From a virus (Duplodnaviria; Caudoviricetes), in IMG/VR virus record IMGVR_UViG_3300020036_008739, positions 1-64,000 of that record: a DNA stretch of 64,000 bases. One strand, given 5' to 3'. Of this stretch, positions 53,665-61,821 are shown in pieces. Within the stretch, counting starts at the first letter, position 1; every line of letters begins with the position of its first letter. Under the pieces are notes generated by a model, which saw only the letters and a list, made by a program, of their open reading frames with translations, was not told the origin of the DNA and made no database searches. The translations under genes and the position numbers were made by a program.

Positions 53665-54120
53665 TTAATTAATTCCATACAGCCAATCTGCTGGCACACT
53701 GTAAGCATCAAAACCATCAGGGTCAAGGCTATTTAAGTTTCCAGCGTTAGGCACACAGGGACTGCAAGCCATGCAATGAGCGGTATGTGGGCTTTCAAGA
53801 ATAAAGAAGTTCAAAGCCCCACCAAGCCATGATGATTGGTATTTAACGCCCTCGTATGTACCCACAACTGTTGGGGTTTCACAGTACCAAGAGTCGTTAA
53901 ATGAGTCTTCGTCAAAATCATCGGGGTCAAAAGCTCGGTCAGGATGCTCAAGCTCGTGCTGTTTGCAGAAATCCAGCTTTGCTTGCTCAAGAGCCTCTTG
54001 ATAGCTCAAATCGGTTGCTTGGCGGCCATACAAAAGAGCCTCAACAACCTCATTATCGAGGCTGTTGGCACTGATAACGCCATAGGGGATGTTTGTTTTT
54101 GGGTTAACGTTAGGAATCAT
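53665..54120 (-). CDS. Hypothetical phage protein with acidic linker and CSPCVPNAG motif
   Basis: 151-aa ORF, GGAG RBS, ATGA overlap. Confidence 0.7.
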   Translation of the reverse strand: MIPNVNPKTNIPYGVISANSLDNEVVEALLYGRQATDLSYQEALEQAKLDFCKQHELEHPDRAFDPDDFDEDSFNDSWYCETPTVVGTYEGVKYQSSWLGGALNFFILESPHTAHCMACSPCVPNAGNLNSLDPDGFDAYSVPADWLYGIN

Positions 54121-54434
54121 TTCTTTGCTCCAATGCAGATTGAGAGACCTTGGATCAGGTCAGGTTCGGGAAGATCGGTGACTGCTTTACTTGCACCATG
54201 AAAGTAATCCAAACGGCTGGCCACAATGCTACCGAGAGGAACCTCGATCTCTTCGCCAGTGTCGATGCGGACATGAAACCAGTAGCTGCCGTCTGTGCGA
54301 CGAGCAACTTCAACATGAGCATGGGGGGTTTCGATAATCACAGAGGAAGGCTCTGGATCACGGCGATCACCAAAGAGCTTGATCTTGCAAGCGTCGTCAG
54401 AGTGGATGATTTGGCTGGGGCGAAGTTTAGCCAT
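54117..54434 (-). CDS. Hypothetical protein
   Basis: 105-aa ORF, GGAG RBS. Confidence 0.65.
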   Translation of the reverse strand: MAKLRPSQIIHSDDACKIKLFGDRRDPEPSSVIIETPHAHVEVARRTDGSYWFHVRIDTGEEIEVPLGSIVASRLDYFHGASKAVTDLPEPDLIQGLSICIGAKK

Positions 54435-54711
54435 GATTGATCTCCAAGAGGTTAAGAGCGTTAGTGCTCACAGCATTGTCAAGAATAAGAAAACCAGCAG
54501 CGTTTTGCAGTAGCTCTTCTGGACTTTTATCCCAAGTGTAGTGGTTGAAACTGGCATAATATCGACCATCAATATCTTGCCAGATGTAAGTGCTCCAAAG
54601 GGTGATGTAACCATTAACACCGATGGTCAACACATTTGGGGGATCATCCCCGTAGAGTTTGAATAAACACTCTGGAGATGGAAATTCAGAAACAGGTTTG
54701 AAGCGAATCAT
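54427..54711 (-). CDS. Hypothetical protein
   Basis: GGAG RBS before MIRFKP. Confidence 0.65.
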   Translation of the reverse strand: MIRFKPVSEFPSPECLFKLYGDDPPNVLTIGVNGYITLWSTYIWQDIDGRYYASFNHYTWDKSPEELLQNAAGFLILDNAVSTNALNLLEINHG

Positions 54712-54721
54712 AGGGGTCTCC

Positions 54722-54748
54722 AAGAAAACCCCCTCAATTAAGAGGGGG
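54722..54748 (-). terminator. Terminator-like hairpin
   Basis: CCCCCUC-UUAAUU-GAGGGGG-UUUUCUU then GGAG. Confidence 0.8.
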
Positions 54749-54756
54749 GAGTTTGA

Positions 54757-55830
54757 TTAACGAAACACCTTAACCCCAGCGGTTACGCTTGGATATGTCA
54801 CATAAATGGACTTGGCCTTCTTGTGGTATTCAACCTCAACGCCATGCTGTGCCATTTGTTTGCTGATGTCAGCGCCAGTGTTCTTGATTGACAAGCCGTA
54901 CAGCTTGTTCACCGCTTCGATCAACGCCTCGTCTTCCAGCGAGTAACCCCCACCCAAAAACAAGGCAACTCGTTTGCCGTCATGTCGCAAGCTGTAGGTG
55001 TTTTGACCTTCTTGACCATAAGTACGGGAAGTGCCTTCACGCCAAGTCAGCTTTTTAAACGCAACTGGCTCCAGCGGTTTGAATACCTGAAAAGCAGCAT
55101 CGGGCAGTTTGCTGCGCATGTCCAAGTAGCAAGCATGACACATCTTCCAAACTTCACTTTGGTTGCTAAGTTGGAATACAGCAGGTTTGGTGCAGTGCGG
55201 TGTACTACACATCAGAGATTGATCCATCTTAAGTTTCCTCGACTCGACTAAGGCTTCATAATAGAGGTTTTGCATAACCCCATTACACGACATATCTTCA
55301 GCTACACTCATAAAGGTGTCGGTGGCATCTTGCAAATCAAACTCTTCAGCAAGGTACTGCTCAATCAAAACCTCCATAACAACGCCACGTTCGGCAGCCG
55401 ACCACTCAGTCATAGGGTCGCGGGGAATCTCTGGCTTAATTAAAGGCATATAACCGGAACGAGCAGTACCGTGATACACAAAAGCGTTCAGTAGTTTCTC
55501 TTTATCCACCGCTTGGTGCATATTGATCAACCCAGCGAAGTCAACCTCAAAAACCAATTTGTCGGATTGGGTGCAGTAATCCTTGGCAAAAGTGAGACTC
55601 CAGTTTTGGCCTTTAATGATTTTCTGGCAAGCTTTACTAAGCTCCCACAAAATACGCTCACCGTAGTTGATGCCTACTTTACGATAATAAATGCCAAAAT
55701 CTTGATCCTCGTAATCAGGATGACCTGACTCAATATCCTCCTGCTCAAGAAAATCAGTAGCATAGTGTTCCAACCAGCTTTCGTAAAAGCCGCAGAAAGG
55801 TAAAACCACTGGGTAAAGTAGTTTAGGCAT
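54757..55830 (-). CDS. Multi-domain hypothetical protein with central Cys4 motif
   Basis: N-terminal LPFCGFYES motif, CSTPHC...CHAC, distinct C-terminal region. Confidence 0.7.
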   Translation of the reverse strand: MPKLLYPVVLPFCGFYESWLEHYATDFLEQEDIESGHPDYEDQDFGIYYRKVGINYGERILWELSKACQKIIKGQNWSLTFAKDYCTQSDKLVFEVDFAGLINMHQAVDKEKLLNAFVYHGTARSGYMPLIKPEIPRDPMTEWSAAERGVVMEVLIEQYLAEEFDLQDATDTFMSVAEDMSCNGVMQNLYYEALVESRKLKMDQSLMCSTPHCTKPAVFQLSNQSEVWKMCHACYLDMRSKLPDAAFQVFKPLEPVAFKKLTWREGTSRTYGQEGQNTYSLRHDGKRVALFLGGGYSLEDEALIEAVNKLYGLSIKNTGADISKQMAQHGVEVEYHKKAKSIYVTYPSVTAGVKVFR

Positions 55831-55846
55831 GGTAAAGCTCCACATG

Positions 55847-55868
55847 AAAAACCCTCCAACTGGAGGGC
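55847..55868 (-). terminator. Terminator-like hairpin
   Basis: CCCUCC-AGUU-GGAGGG-UUUUU. Confidence 0.7.
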
Positions 55869-55890
55869 TGTTGTTGAATAAAGGGTTGGG

Positions 55891-56553
55891 TTAGCCGTTA
55901 AGGTCGTGGCAAATGGTAAGCGAGTTATACTCGCCTTGACAGTCTTGGAGGTAATCCAAAATAACCATTAATTTGGTGTAGAACACCGTAAACTCATGGT
56001 TAGTGCAGAGGCTCATAAACTCATCTTCAAGTCGAGTTAAATCCTCTCGTAGCAAAGGCAACTCAGCATTGGTGATTTGAATACGGACACCCAGAAAACA
56101 ATCAATCAAGACCTGAATACTCGGCAGGTGTTTCCACGTCTTGAGCAAGGCAACAAAGTGTTTAACCTGCTTTTGGACTAAAGTATAACCAACCGAGTAG
56201 CCGTCGATACTATTTAGTCGCGTTTGATGAAAACCAACAGGGTACACTAAACCCCCAGCAAAACGGGTTGTGTCAGTATCCATGTAAGCAATCCGAGAAT
56301 AGGCTTCACCATAAACGCTACGCTTAAACATCCACTGGCCTTCCCCTTTATCTGTCAAAGGGTCTTTGGCGAGCCAAGCAATATAGCGTGACCAAACTGG
56401 GATCAAATCAGACCCCATCCGCTGGTATTGCACAAAGTTACGGGAATCTGTGATTTCAGCTTTTTTAACATCTAAGCTATCACAGCGAACGATCAAACCT
56501 TCTTTAATCATCTCCAAGGCGTGAACCAAGGAGATTGAGGCCATCTTCTTCAT
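55891..56553 (-). CDS. Hypothetical protein
   Basis: 220-aa ORF, GGAG RBS. Confidence 0.7.
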   Translation of the reverse strand: MKKMASISLVHALEMIKEGLIVRCDSLDVKKAEITDSRNFVQYQRMGSDLIPVWSRYIAWLAKDPLTDKGEGQWMFKRSVYGEAYSRIAYMDTDTTRFAGGLVYPVGFHQTRLNSIDGYSVGYTLVQKQVKHFVALLKTWKHLPSIQVLIDCFLGVRIQITNAELPLLREDLTRLEDEFMSLCTNHEFTVFYTKLMVILDYLQDCQGEYNSLTICHDLNG

Positions 56554-56936
56554 AATGCGTCTCCAAAAGGACTATATTCAACTTCGTAAGGATGATTAAC
56601 CACCCCGACAACATAATGCTGATCTTCACGGCTGACCTTATTGGTGAAACTCAGCAGTTGGTCTGAGGTATACAACCCTTTGCCACGAGCAGTATGCTCA
56701 AACAGGAAAGCTTGAAACTGATCTTCGGCTCGATCCGAAGTCAGAGACACATGGCGAGGACGCATAGCTACTGGCTGCCAATGGCCGTCAACATAGGCTT
56801 CAACAGACCACGATTGATGCACCGAACCATTGTCGTTTGGCTCACGGTAAATGTTGATTACCATAGCCACCTGTTGTTTCAGGGCTTGCTCAAGAATATC
56901 CACAGCTTCTTGATTGCTGTATATTATGATAGGCAT
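56550..56936 (-). CDS. Hypothetical protein
   Basis: GGAG RBS before MPIII. Confidence 0.65.
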   Translation of the reverse strand: MPIIIYSNQEAVDILEQALKQQVAMVINIYREPNDNGSVHQSWSVEAYVDGHWQPVAMRPRHVSLTSDRAEDQFQAFLFEHTARGKGLYTSDQLLSFTNKVSREDQHYVVGVVNHPYEVEYSPFGDAL

Positions 56937-56949
56937 AATATGCTCCATT

Positions 56950-56970
56950 AAAAAGCCCTCCTAAGAGGGC
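56950..56970 (-). terminator. Rho-independent terminator
   Basis: GCCCUC-UUAG-GAGGGC-UUUUU. Confidence 0.8.
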
Positions 56971-57072
56971 AGGGCGTTAATCGTAACGGCAGAGATACTC
57001 TGTCCGTGAGTAGGGCTTGCACTCAAGCTCAAACCCTCGCGGATATGGCTCCGCAGGTTTGCTCTTGTACTC
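56971..57072 (-). ncRNA. Candidate structured RNA (long irregular hairpin plus short hairpin) in a 100-nt intergenic gap
   Basis: Manual pairing 57019-57070 and 56986-57007; no ORF; ends at a terminator. No family recognised. Confidence 0.35.
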
Positions 57073-57285
57073 TCACACCGCTAAAGACTTTTTTAAAGTT
57101 AAAGGCTTAATCGGTGGTTTAGTTGGCTTGACTGGTTTAATAACCTTCGCTGGCCGATAAGTTGGTTTAACCTTGCTGCTGTGTGGGGCAGCAAAAGTCT
57201 TAGCTTTACCAAACGCAAGATAGGCTGCTGAAACCAAAACCCACGCTAGGAAAACAGCCAGAACGGCTTTCAAAAACCAACTCAT
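57073..57285 (-). CDS. Small membrane-anchored Lys/Pro-rich protein
   Basis: N-terminal TM segment, basic KP-rich tail. Confidence 0.6.
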   Translation of the reverse strand: MSWFLKAVLAVFLAWVLVSAAYLAFGKAKTFAAPHSSKVKPTYRPAKVIKPVKPTKPPIKPLTLKKSLAV

Positions 57286-57755
57286 TGAAGATACTCCTGC
57301 AAATGCTTGTGCTGATCTAACAACTCTTGATGGCCGTATTGCTTGGCTAGTTTTGCAAACGCTTTAGCCACCGCTTGGGGCAACTCGTCTTGATTTTGGA
57401 AAGGAAAAAAAGACAAACCTCTTTTTTCCAAACTAAACCGAGAGTCCAGTGCATTAAAGATTACCACAGCCGGAATACGGCTCCAAGGAATCAGCTTGTA
57501 AAACTGATTAACGGCTCGCTTATGCTTAACCATTTCGCGGTTGTCCGCAGCTTGGGCAGCAAGATCGCCAGCGTAGTCAGCCGGATTCAGCTTGGTCTTT
57601 TTCACACGAGCCATTAACTCGTCAATCAAGCCAAAAGTAGTGAGGGGGCTTTCCAGACGGAAATAACCCTCGGCGTTAAGGCGGCCTTCACACTCAAGCT
57701 CAACCTTTACGGTGATTTCTGTAACAGAACCATCAACCAGTTGGTAAACAGGCAT
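57282..57755 (-). CDS. Hypothetical protein
   Basis: GGAG RBS before MPVYQL. Confidence 0.65.
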   Translation of the reverse strand: MPVYQLVDGSVTEITVKVELECEGRLNAEGYFRLESPLTTFGLIDELMARVKKTKLNPADYAGDLAAQAADNREMVKHKRAVNQFYKLIPWSRIPAVVIFNALDSRFSLEKRGLSFFPFQNQDELPQAVAKAFAKLAKQYGHQELLDQHKHLQEYLQ

Positions 57756-57756
57756 A

Positions 57757-58083
57757 TCAAACTCCATGCTCATCATCATGCCAAGGAAAATCCTCTGGCA
57801 CAGTCAAGAAAGTAATACCTTCGGAAATTTCCTCGGTATGCTCAATCCAAAAAACAGTTTCCATCGGCAGCATTTGTATGCTCTGTATAACCTTAGCCAT
57901 TGCTTTTAATGTGGCGGCTGAGAAAGCATAATTGTACCGAAGAGACCGTGTTAAGCTGCAAAGCTTTGTAGCTCTATTGAAACCCTGCTTTAGCAAGCCT
58001 TCAACTCTATACACATAAAGAGGGGGAACCTCAACCTCCAAAACAGGACATTTATGATGGTTGGTGTGAATCTTGAGCTTCAT
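57757..58083 (-). CDS. Hypothetical protein
   Basis: 108-aa ORF, GAGG RBS. Confidence 0.6.
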   Translation of the reverse strand: MKLKIHTNHHKCPVLEVEVPPLYVYRVEGLLKQGFNRATKLCSLTRSLRYNYAFSAATLKAMAKVIQSIQMLPMETVFWIEHTEEISEGITFLTVPEDFPWHDDEHGV

Positions 58084-58240
58084 TCAACACCTCAAGCATT
58101 GATTTAAGAGTCTCAAGACTTTTTGCATCGACACCTTTGCGAATCAACCGCTCGATTTGAGCTTTCAATTCGCTGTGTGTTTGAGCCAGCACCAATGGTC
58201 GTTTGATGCTGAGAGGTAAACTACTTGGGATTTGGATCAT
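58052..58240 (-). CDS. Small hypothetical protein
   Basis: AGGAG RBS before MIQIP. Confidence 0.55.
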   Translation of the reverse strand: MIQIPSSLPLSIKRPLVLAQTHSELKAQIERLIRKGVDAKSLETLKSMLEVLNEAQDSHQPS

Positions 58241-58518
58241 GTCCACTCCTGATTCTTGCGCCGAAGGCACATGTGTAACTGTCCGTTAAGCTCATCACGA
58301 AAGAAGCGAACATCAGCTTCAACATTGAAAAGCTCTTTAAAGCTTTGCTTCCATTCCAAAGCCAATTTGCGCAGAGGTTGCTGGCAATCAACCGCGCCAT
58401 CCGGTACTTTGACTACGCCTTTAAAGACGCTGTGGTGAGGGCATTTCGTGGCATGGTCTAAAGACTTTTGATAGGCCAAGCGCATGTACACTTGAGGAGA
58501 GTGGGTTTTTTGGATCAT
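58237..58518 (-). CDS. Hypothetical protein
   Basis: 93-aa ORF, GAGG RBS, ATGA overlap. Confidence 0.6.
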   Translation of the reverse strand: MIQKTHSPQVYMRLAYQKSLDHATKCPHHSVFKGVVKVPDGAVDCQQPLRKLALEWKQSFKELFNVEADVRFFRDELNGQLHMCLRRKNQEWT

Positions 58519-59024
58519 CGTTTACCTCGCATGGATAACAAAAACTCAGACTTAGGCTCTTCGACTATGACTGAATACTTAGGGTTTGGCTCCCCAAATG
58601 TTTGGAGATACCAAAGAGGCTTGACCGCTTGAGTTAACCGCATAAAGTGTAAAGCCTCTTTAGATTGCCAATCAATACTCTCAGCAATCAGTTTAGCTTC
58701 TTCAGAACCCCATTTGAATTGGATAGCATTCAACCAATCAGGATTCCAGCGGTTCAAAGTTTTAAGCCAAGACAGATGAAAATACGGTTGAAGAAAGTCA
58801 ACCATAGCGGCATCTAACTCAGCTATGACTTGAAACAACTCAGCGTCTTCTAAAACACAACCAACGCTTGTTCCCGTGCTTAGTTGCTGACGGAAACAAG
58901 CGTTTTGAAAAACAGAACGACCCAAACACTCCCTTTTTAAATCGCTCAATATCTTCACCATTTCTGGTGAGATTTTTTCAGAGCCATCCCATAGCTCCAA
59001 AGCGTGGAGCACTTTATCCAACAT
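58515..59024 (-). CDS. Hypothetical protein
   Basis: 169-aa ORF overlapping a small upstream ORF. Confidence 0.65.
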   Translation of the reverse strand: MLDKVLHALELWDGSEKISPEMVKILSDLKRECLGRSVFQNACFRQQLSTGTSVGCVLEDAELFQVIAELDAAMVDFLQPYFHLSWLKTLNRWNPDWLNAIQFKWGSEEAKLIAESIDWQSKEALHFMRLTQAVKPLWYLQTFGEPNPKYSVIVEEPKSEFLLSMRGKR

Positions 59025-59118
59025 GGTACAGCACCAGCATTAAAAGCATTCCGGCCAAACCTGCTAAGAAAAACACAGCTACCAGCAAAATAGCTGAGAG
59101 GGCGTAAATCGTAGGCAT
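59014..59118 (-). CDS. 34-aa single-TM peptide (not in ORF track)
   Basis: MPTIYALSAILLVAVFFLAGLAGMLLMLVLYHVG; GGAG RBS; fills the gap exactly. Confidence 0.6.
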   Translation of the reverse strand: MPTIYALSAILLVAVFFLAGLAGMLLMLVLYHVG

Positions 59119-59119
59119 A

Positions 59120-59365
59120 TTATCTCCAATCGTTCGGGTATTGTTTGATGATGAGTTGCATCATGTGATGCTTCCCAACCAATACTTTGTGAGGGTTGCT
59201 TTCGGTACGATGGTACATCAGCCCATGTCTTTTACAGTAGTTTTTAATCAAACTCAACCACTGTTTTTCAAACTGACTGTCCCCCATACTTAGATGACGA
59301 ATACGCAAAAAAGGAATGATCTTCTTTGCGTCTTCTTCATGGGTAGTGCATACGTTAATCTGCAT
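59120..59365 (-). CDS. Hypothetical protein
   Basis: 81-aa ORF, TAATG overlap, GGAG RBS. Confidence 0.6.
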   Translation of the reverse strand: MQINVCTTHEEDAKKIIPFLRIRHLSMGDSQFEKQWLSLIKNYCKRHGLMYHRTESNPHKVLVGKHHMMQLIIKQYPNDWR

Positions 59366-60090
59366 TAAAGCTCCAAGGTGAGCGTCAACTCACCGTAACT
59401 GATGTGTGGGTGAAACTCTTTAGGGATGTGCTCTAGGATTCCAGAGTTTTCATGATCCCCGTAAAAACCCCAACAGGAATCAGCATAGCTCCCATCCTCA
59501 GATTCTAACGTATAGCAGTAGACTTCGCCACTGACATACTGCCCGTAAGTCTCTAACTCGCACTTCATCATGTGCTCAGCCCACTTAAGACCATCACGGA
59601 GCCAAGCTGGGTGGCCAAGCTTGGTTTTCAAGCCAGCCTCCTCTTTAACCTTGGAGAAGTAGACCACATGTACACCAGCTTGGCCGGAATCCCAAGGACA
59701 AGAAAAGGCGCTGTGAGAGATGGCAACACCGGAATGTTGATACATGTAGATGGGAAGCCAAAACAACTCTAGCTGCTTAGCTGAGTAATTTTGAAGGATA
59801 AAGAGGACTTTTTCCCAATCTAACTCTTCTTCAGCCAAATCGAGCCGATAATCACCCATCCACCAGTTAGGTGGGTTATCAGTGTTAACACCAGCAATAT
59901 CGCTGAGCCAGTGCTTACGTTTGTGGGGTTGAAGCTCGCCCATACGGTCTTGCAGATGGTTGACAAGCATCTTGAATGCGTCGTCATCCCCATAATGATC
60001 CTTCATCACTAATTGAGTGATATTGTCGAAGGCTTCACGAGGGTTTTCACAGTGTTGGTCGTGCTTAATCTCAAGAGTAACTTGAGCCAT
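59365..60090 (-). CDS. Conserved mobile-element protein (ENPRE...LPIYMYQHSG...CPWDSGQ family), function unknown
   Basis: Recognisable motif set seen in phage/ICE early genes; GGAG RBS downstream of hairpin copy A. Confidence 0.7.
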   Translation of the reverse strand: MAQVTLEIKHDQHCENPREAFDNITQLVMKDHYGDDDAFKMLVNHLQDRMGELQPHKRKHWLSDIAGVNTDNPPNWWMGDYRLDLAEEELDWEKVLFILQNYSAKQLELFWLPIYMYQHSGVAISHSAFSCPWDSGQAGVHVVYFSKVKEEAGLKTKLGHPAWLRDGLKWAEHMMKCELETYGQYVSGEVYCYTLESEDGSYADSCWGFYGDHENSGILEHIPKEFHPHISYGELTLTLEL

Positions 60091-60106
60091 GGTGGTTCTC
60101 CACTGG

Positions 60107-60151
60107 GTTGGTTAATTGAATGCACCCCTCAGAGTGCATTTGTTAATCAAC
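60107..60151 (-). promoter_or_regulatory. Conserved UGAG-tetraloop RNA hairpin, copy A
   Basis: AAUGCACUC-UGAG-GGGUGCAUU, 2x3 internal loop, 9-position lower stem. Confidence 0.75.
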
Positions 60152-60308
60152 TCAAAACAACTGTCCCAATTTTGTTGCCGTTGCTATCTAACAAAGTACC
60201 TCCACCTTGAGAGATTTTGCGAGCCGCTTGTTCCAGAACATCCTCCAACTCGTGGGGATTATCATCAAAAGCAGCATTATCAGTATCAAACTCAATTGAA
60301 ATCTTCAT
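60147..60308 (-). CDS. 53-aa acidic protein (DTDNAAF...DSNGNKIG family; not in ORF track)
   Basis: ATGA overlap with the upstream gene; motif common in phage early genes. Confidence 0.7.
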   Translation of the reverse strand: MKISIEFDTDNAAFDDNPHELEDVLEQAARKISQGGGTLLDSNGNKIGTVVLS

Positions 60309-60868
60309 TCACAATACCCCAGATGTTTAACCCAAACGATTTGGGTTGGTTGCAATTCAGGTTTATGCTGATCATGCCAAGCTTTGTGAGCTTTCTTTAG
60401 CTGAGCAAAGGTCACAGGCTCGTCAACAAAAAAGCCCTCAAACTTGTTTGTGTTTTTATCAGCCGTGTAAATTTCCCCCATTAGCTTGTACTCAATGGGT
60501 ACTTTAACACACTGATAATAATCCACCAATTGGCCGCCATCTGCGAAAATCTCAGTGCATTCCAAGTAGGTGGGAACCACGAGGCTTTCAGCATACTCTT
60601 CCCAAAGGGTATGCCATTGCTTGTCGTGAACATAATCCTTTTGGGTTGGACGTTTGGGTTTGACTTGATTAACCCAACTTTCAGCCAATTGGGTTGCCCA
60701 TTCCAGCGACTGTACCTCACGAATCCAAGGCAGAGTATCTGAGTCTTTAACAGCACGAGCAACCCGATATTTGCCGTTGTGGATTTTAGTAACAGATGCC
60801 TCCAAGGTGGGCTGCTTAACCCCTTTGGAATTAAACAAAGGTTCAGATTTTAACTGCGTTACGAGCAT
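60305..60868 (-). CDS. Hypothetical protein
   Basis: 187-aa ORF, GGAG RBS. Confidence 0.7.
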   Translation of the reverse strand: MLVTQLKSEPLFNSKGVKQPTLEASVTKIHNGKYRVARAVKDSDTLPWIREVQSLEWATQLAESWVNQVKPKRPTQKDYVHDKQWHTLWEEYAESLVVPTYLECTEIFADGGQLVDYYQCVKVPIEYKLMGEIYTADKNTNKFEGFFVDEPVTFAQLKKAHKAWHDQHKPELQPTQIVWVKHLGYCE

Positions 60869-61167
60869 GGTAATAACTCCACAGAATCACTGCCGGAATG
60901 CAGTGGTTTGAAACGAGGGACTGTTTGATAAGGGTATTGCCCAGTCAAACAGTACATTAGGCTTGGGTTTTTGCTTAAAACCTCATCACCAAAATCATCC
61001 ACGGTTACAGTATGCGTGAACGGAAAGGTGTTGCTTTGACGAATCCACATCACACGGTATGTTTTGTGGCGGTAAGGGGGAATTAATTCCCCCTCTTCCA
61101 AAAGGACATAACGTTCAAACTGCAAATCAGGTAAACCCAGAAGGGCTATATTCTCTTGCAACGTCAT
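60859..61167 (-). CDS. Hypothetical protein
   Basis: 102-aa ORF, GAGGG RBS, ATGA overlap. Confidence 0.6.
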   Translation of the reverse strand: MTLQENIALLGLPDLQFERYVLLEEGELIPPYRHKTYRVMWIRQSNTFPFTHTVTVDDFGDEVLSKNPSLMYCLTGQYPYQTVPRFKPLHSGSDSVELLPCS

Positions 61168-61586
61168 TTGATAAGACCCTCAAACAATTTGTACCAAACT
61201 TCGGCAGACTTGGGGATTTGTACATAATAGCCGCTATGTACTCGCCCCAAAGAGGATTCCCACTCATACCAATTGTGAGTGCGGACAATTAGTTTGGACA
61301 GTTGCTCCCACTCATCAGCAGTTAGAAAATGCTGGCGACCCTCGTAAACCACAGCAACGCAGTTAGCCAAGGGTTTCTTGCGCTTGATCACGGTGGTGTC
61401 AATCTTTAAGCAGAAATTTCGCTCATCGTTAACCGCCACAATCTTGGCCAAAGCTTCTTCGCGCAGCTTATAACCAAAAGAAAGTGTTCGATTCTCCCAA
61501 GCGATCATAAAAGAATCCACCAAACGGTGGGATAGGTTGTGGCGTTCGCAGTCGTCACGACTGACTTGATAGACCTGATGAGCCAT
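61164..61586 (-). CDS. Hypothetical protein
   Basis: 140-aa ORF, AGGAG RBS. Confidence 0.7.
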   Translation of the reverse strand: MAHQVYQVSRDDCERHNLSHRLVDSFMIAWENRTLSFGYKLREEALAKIVAVNDERNFCLKIDTTVIKRKKPLANCVAVVYEGRQHFLTADEWEQLSKLIVRTHNWYEWESSLGRVHSGYYVQIPKSAEVWYKLFEGLIK

Positions 61587-61592
61587 AATGGG

Positions 61593-61709
61593 TTACTCCT
61601 TGGGTTTTAGAGCCGTGGTGGTTGAGTTGGTGGTTAAGGCAAACGATTGCTCTGGGCGATTTGGAACCACAAGGATTTTTTGGCCGTCCTCTGCATAGAC
61701 GCTGAACAT
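61593..61709 (-). CDS. 38-aa peptide (not in ORF track)
   Basis: MFSVYAEDGQKILVVPNRPEQSFALTTNSTTTALKPKE; GGAG RBS directly after hairpin copy B. Confidence 0.55.
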   Translation of the reverse strand: MFSVYAEDGQKILVVPNRPEQSFALTTNSTTTALKPKE

Positions 61710-61724
61710 GGTGTATCTCCACTG

Positions 61725-61767
61725 TTGACTAATTGAATGCACCCCTCAGAGTGCATTTGTTAATCAA
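61725..61767 (-). promoter_or_regulatory. Conserved UGAG-tetraloop RNA hairpin, copy B
   Basis: Shares an identical 38-mer with copy A; 8-bp lower stem UUGAUUAA/UUAGUCAA. Confidence 0.75.
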
Positions 61768-61821
61768 TCGTCGTTTAAGGCTTCGACCTTAGAGATTAAA
61801 GCACCACAACATTGGGTAGCT

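Noticed and set aside
57019-57070. Resemblance of GCAAACC...GGG to a c-di-GMP-I riboswitch
   Set aside because: Lacks the GAAA tetraloop/receptor and GCAAAGCC second stem; the AAA is paired here. No hammerhead or HDV catalytic core found either.
60113-61767. Identical 38-bp repeats as a CRISPR array
   Set aside because: Only two exact copies, 1.6 kb apart and separated by several genes; no spacer periodicity and no cas genes.
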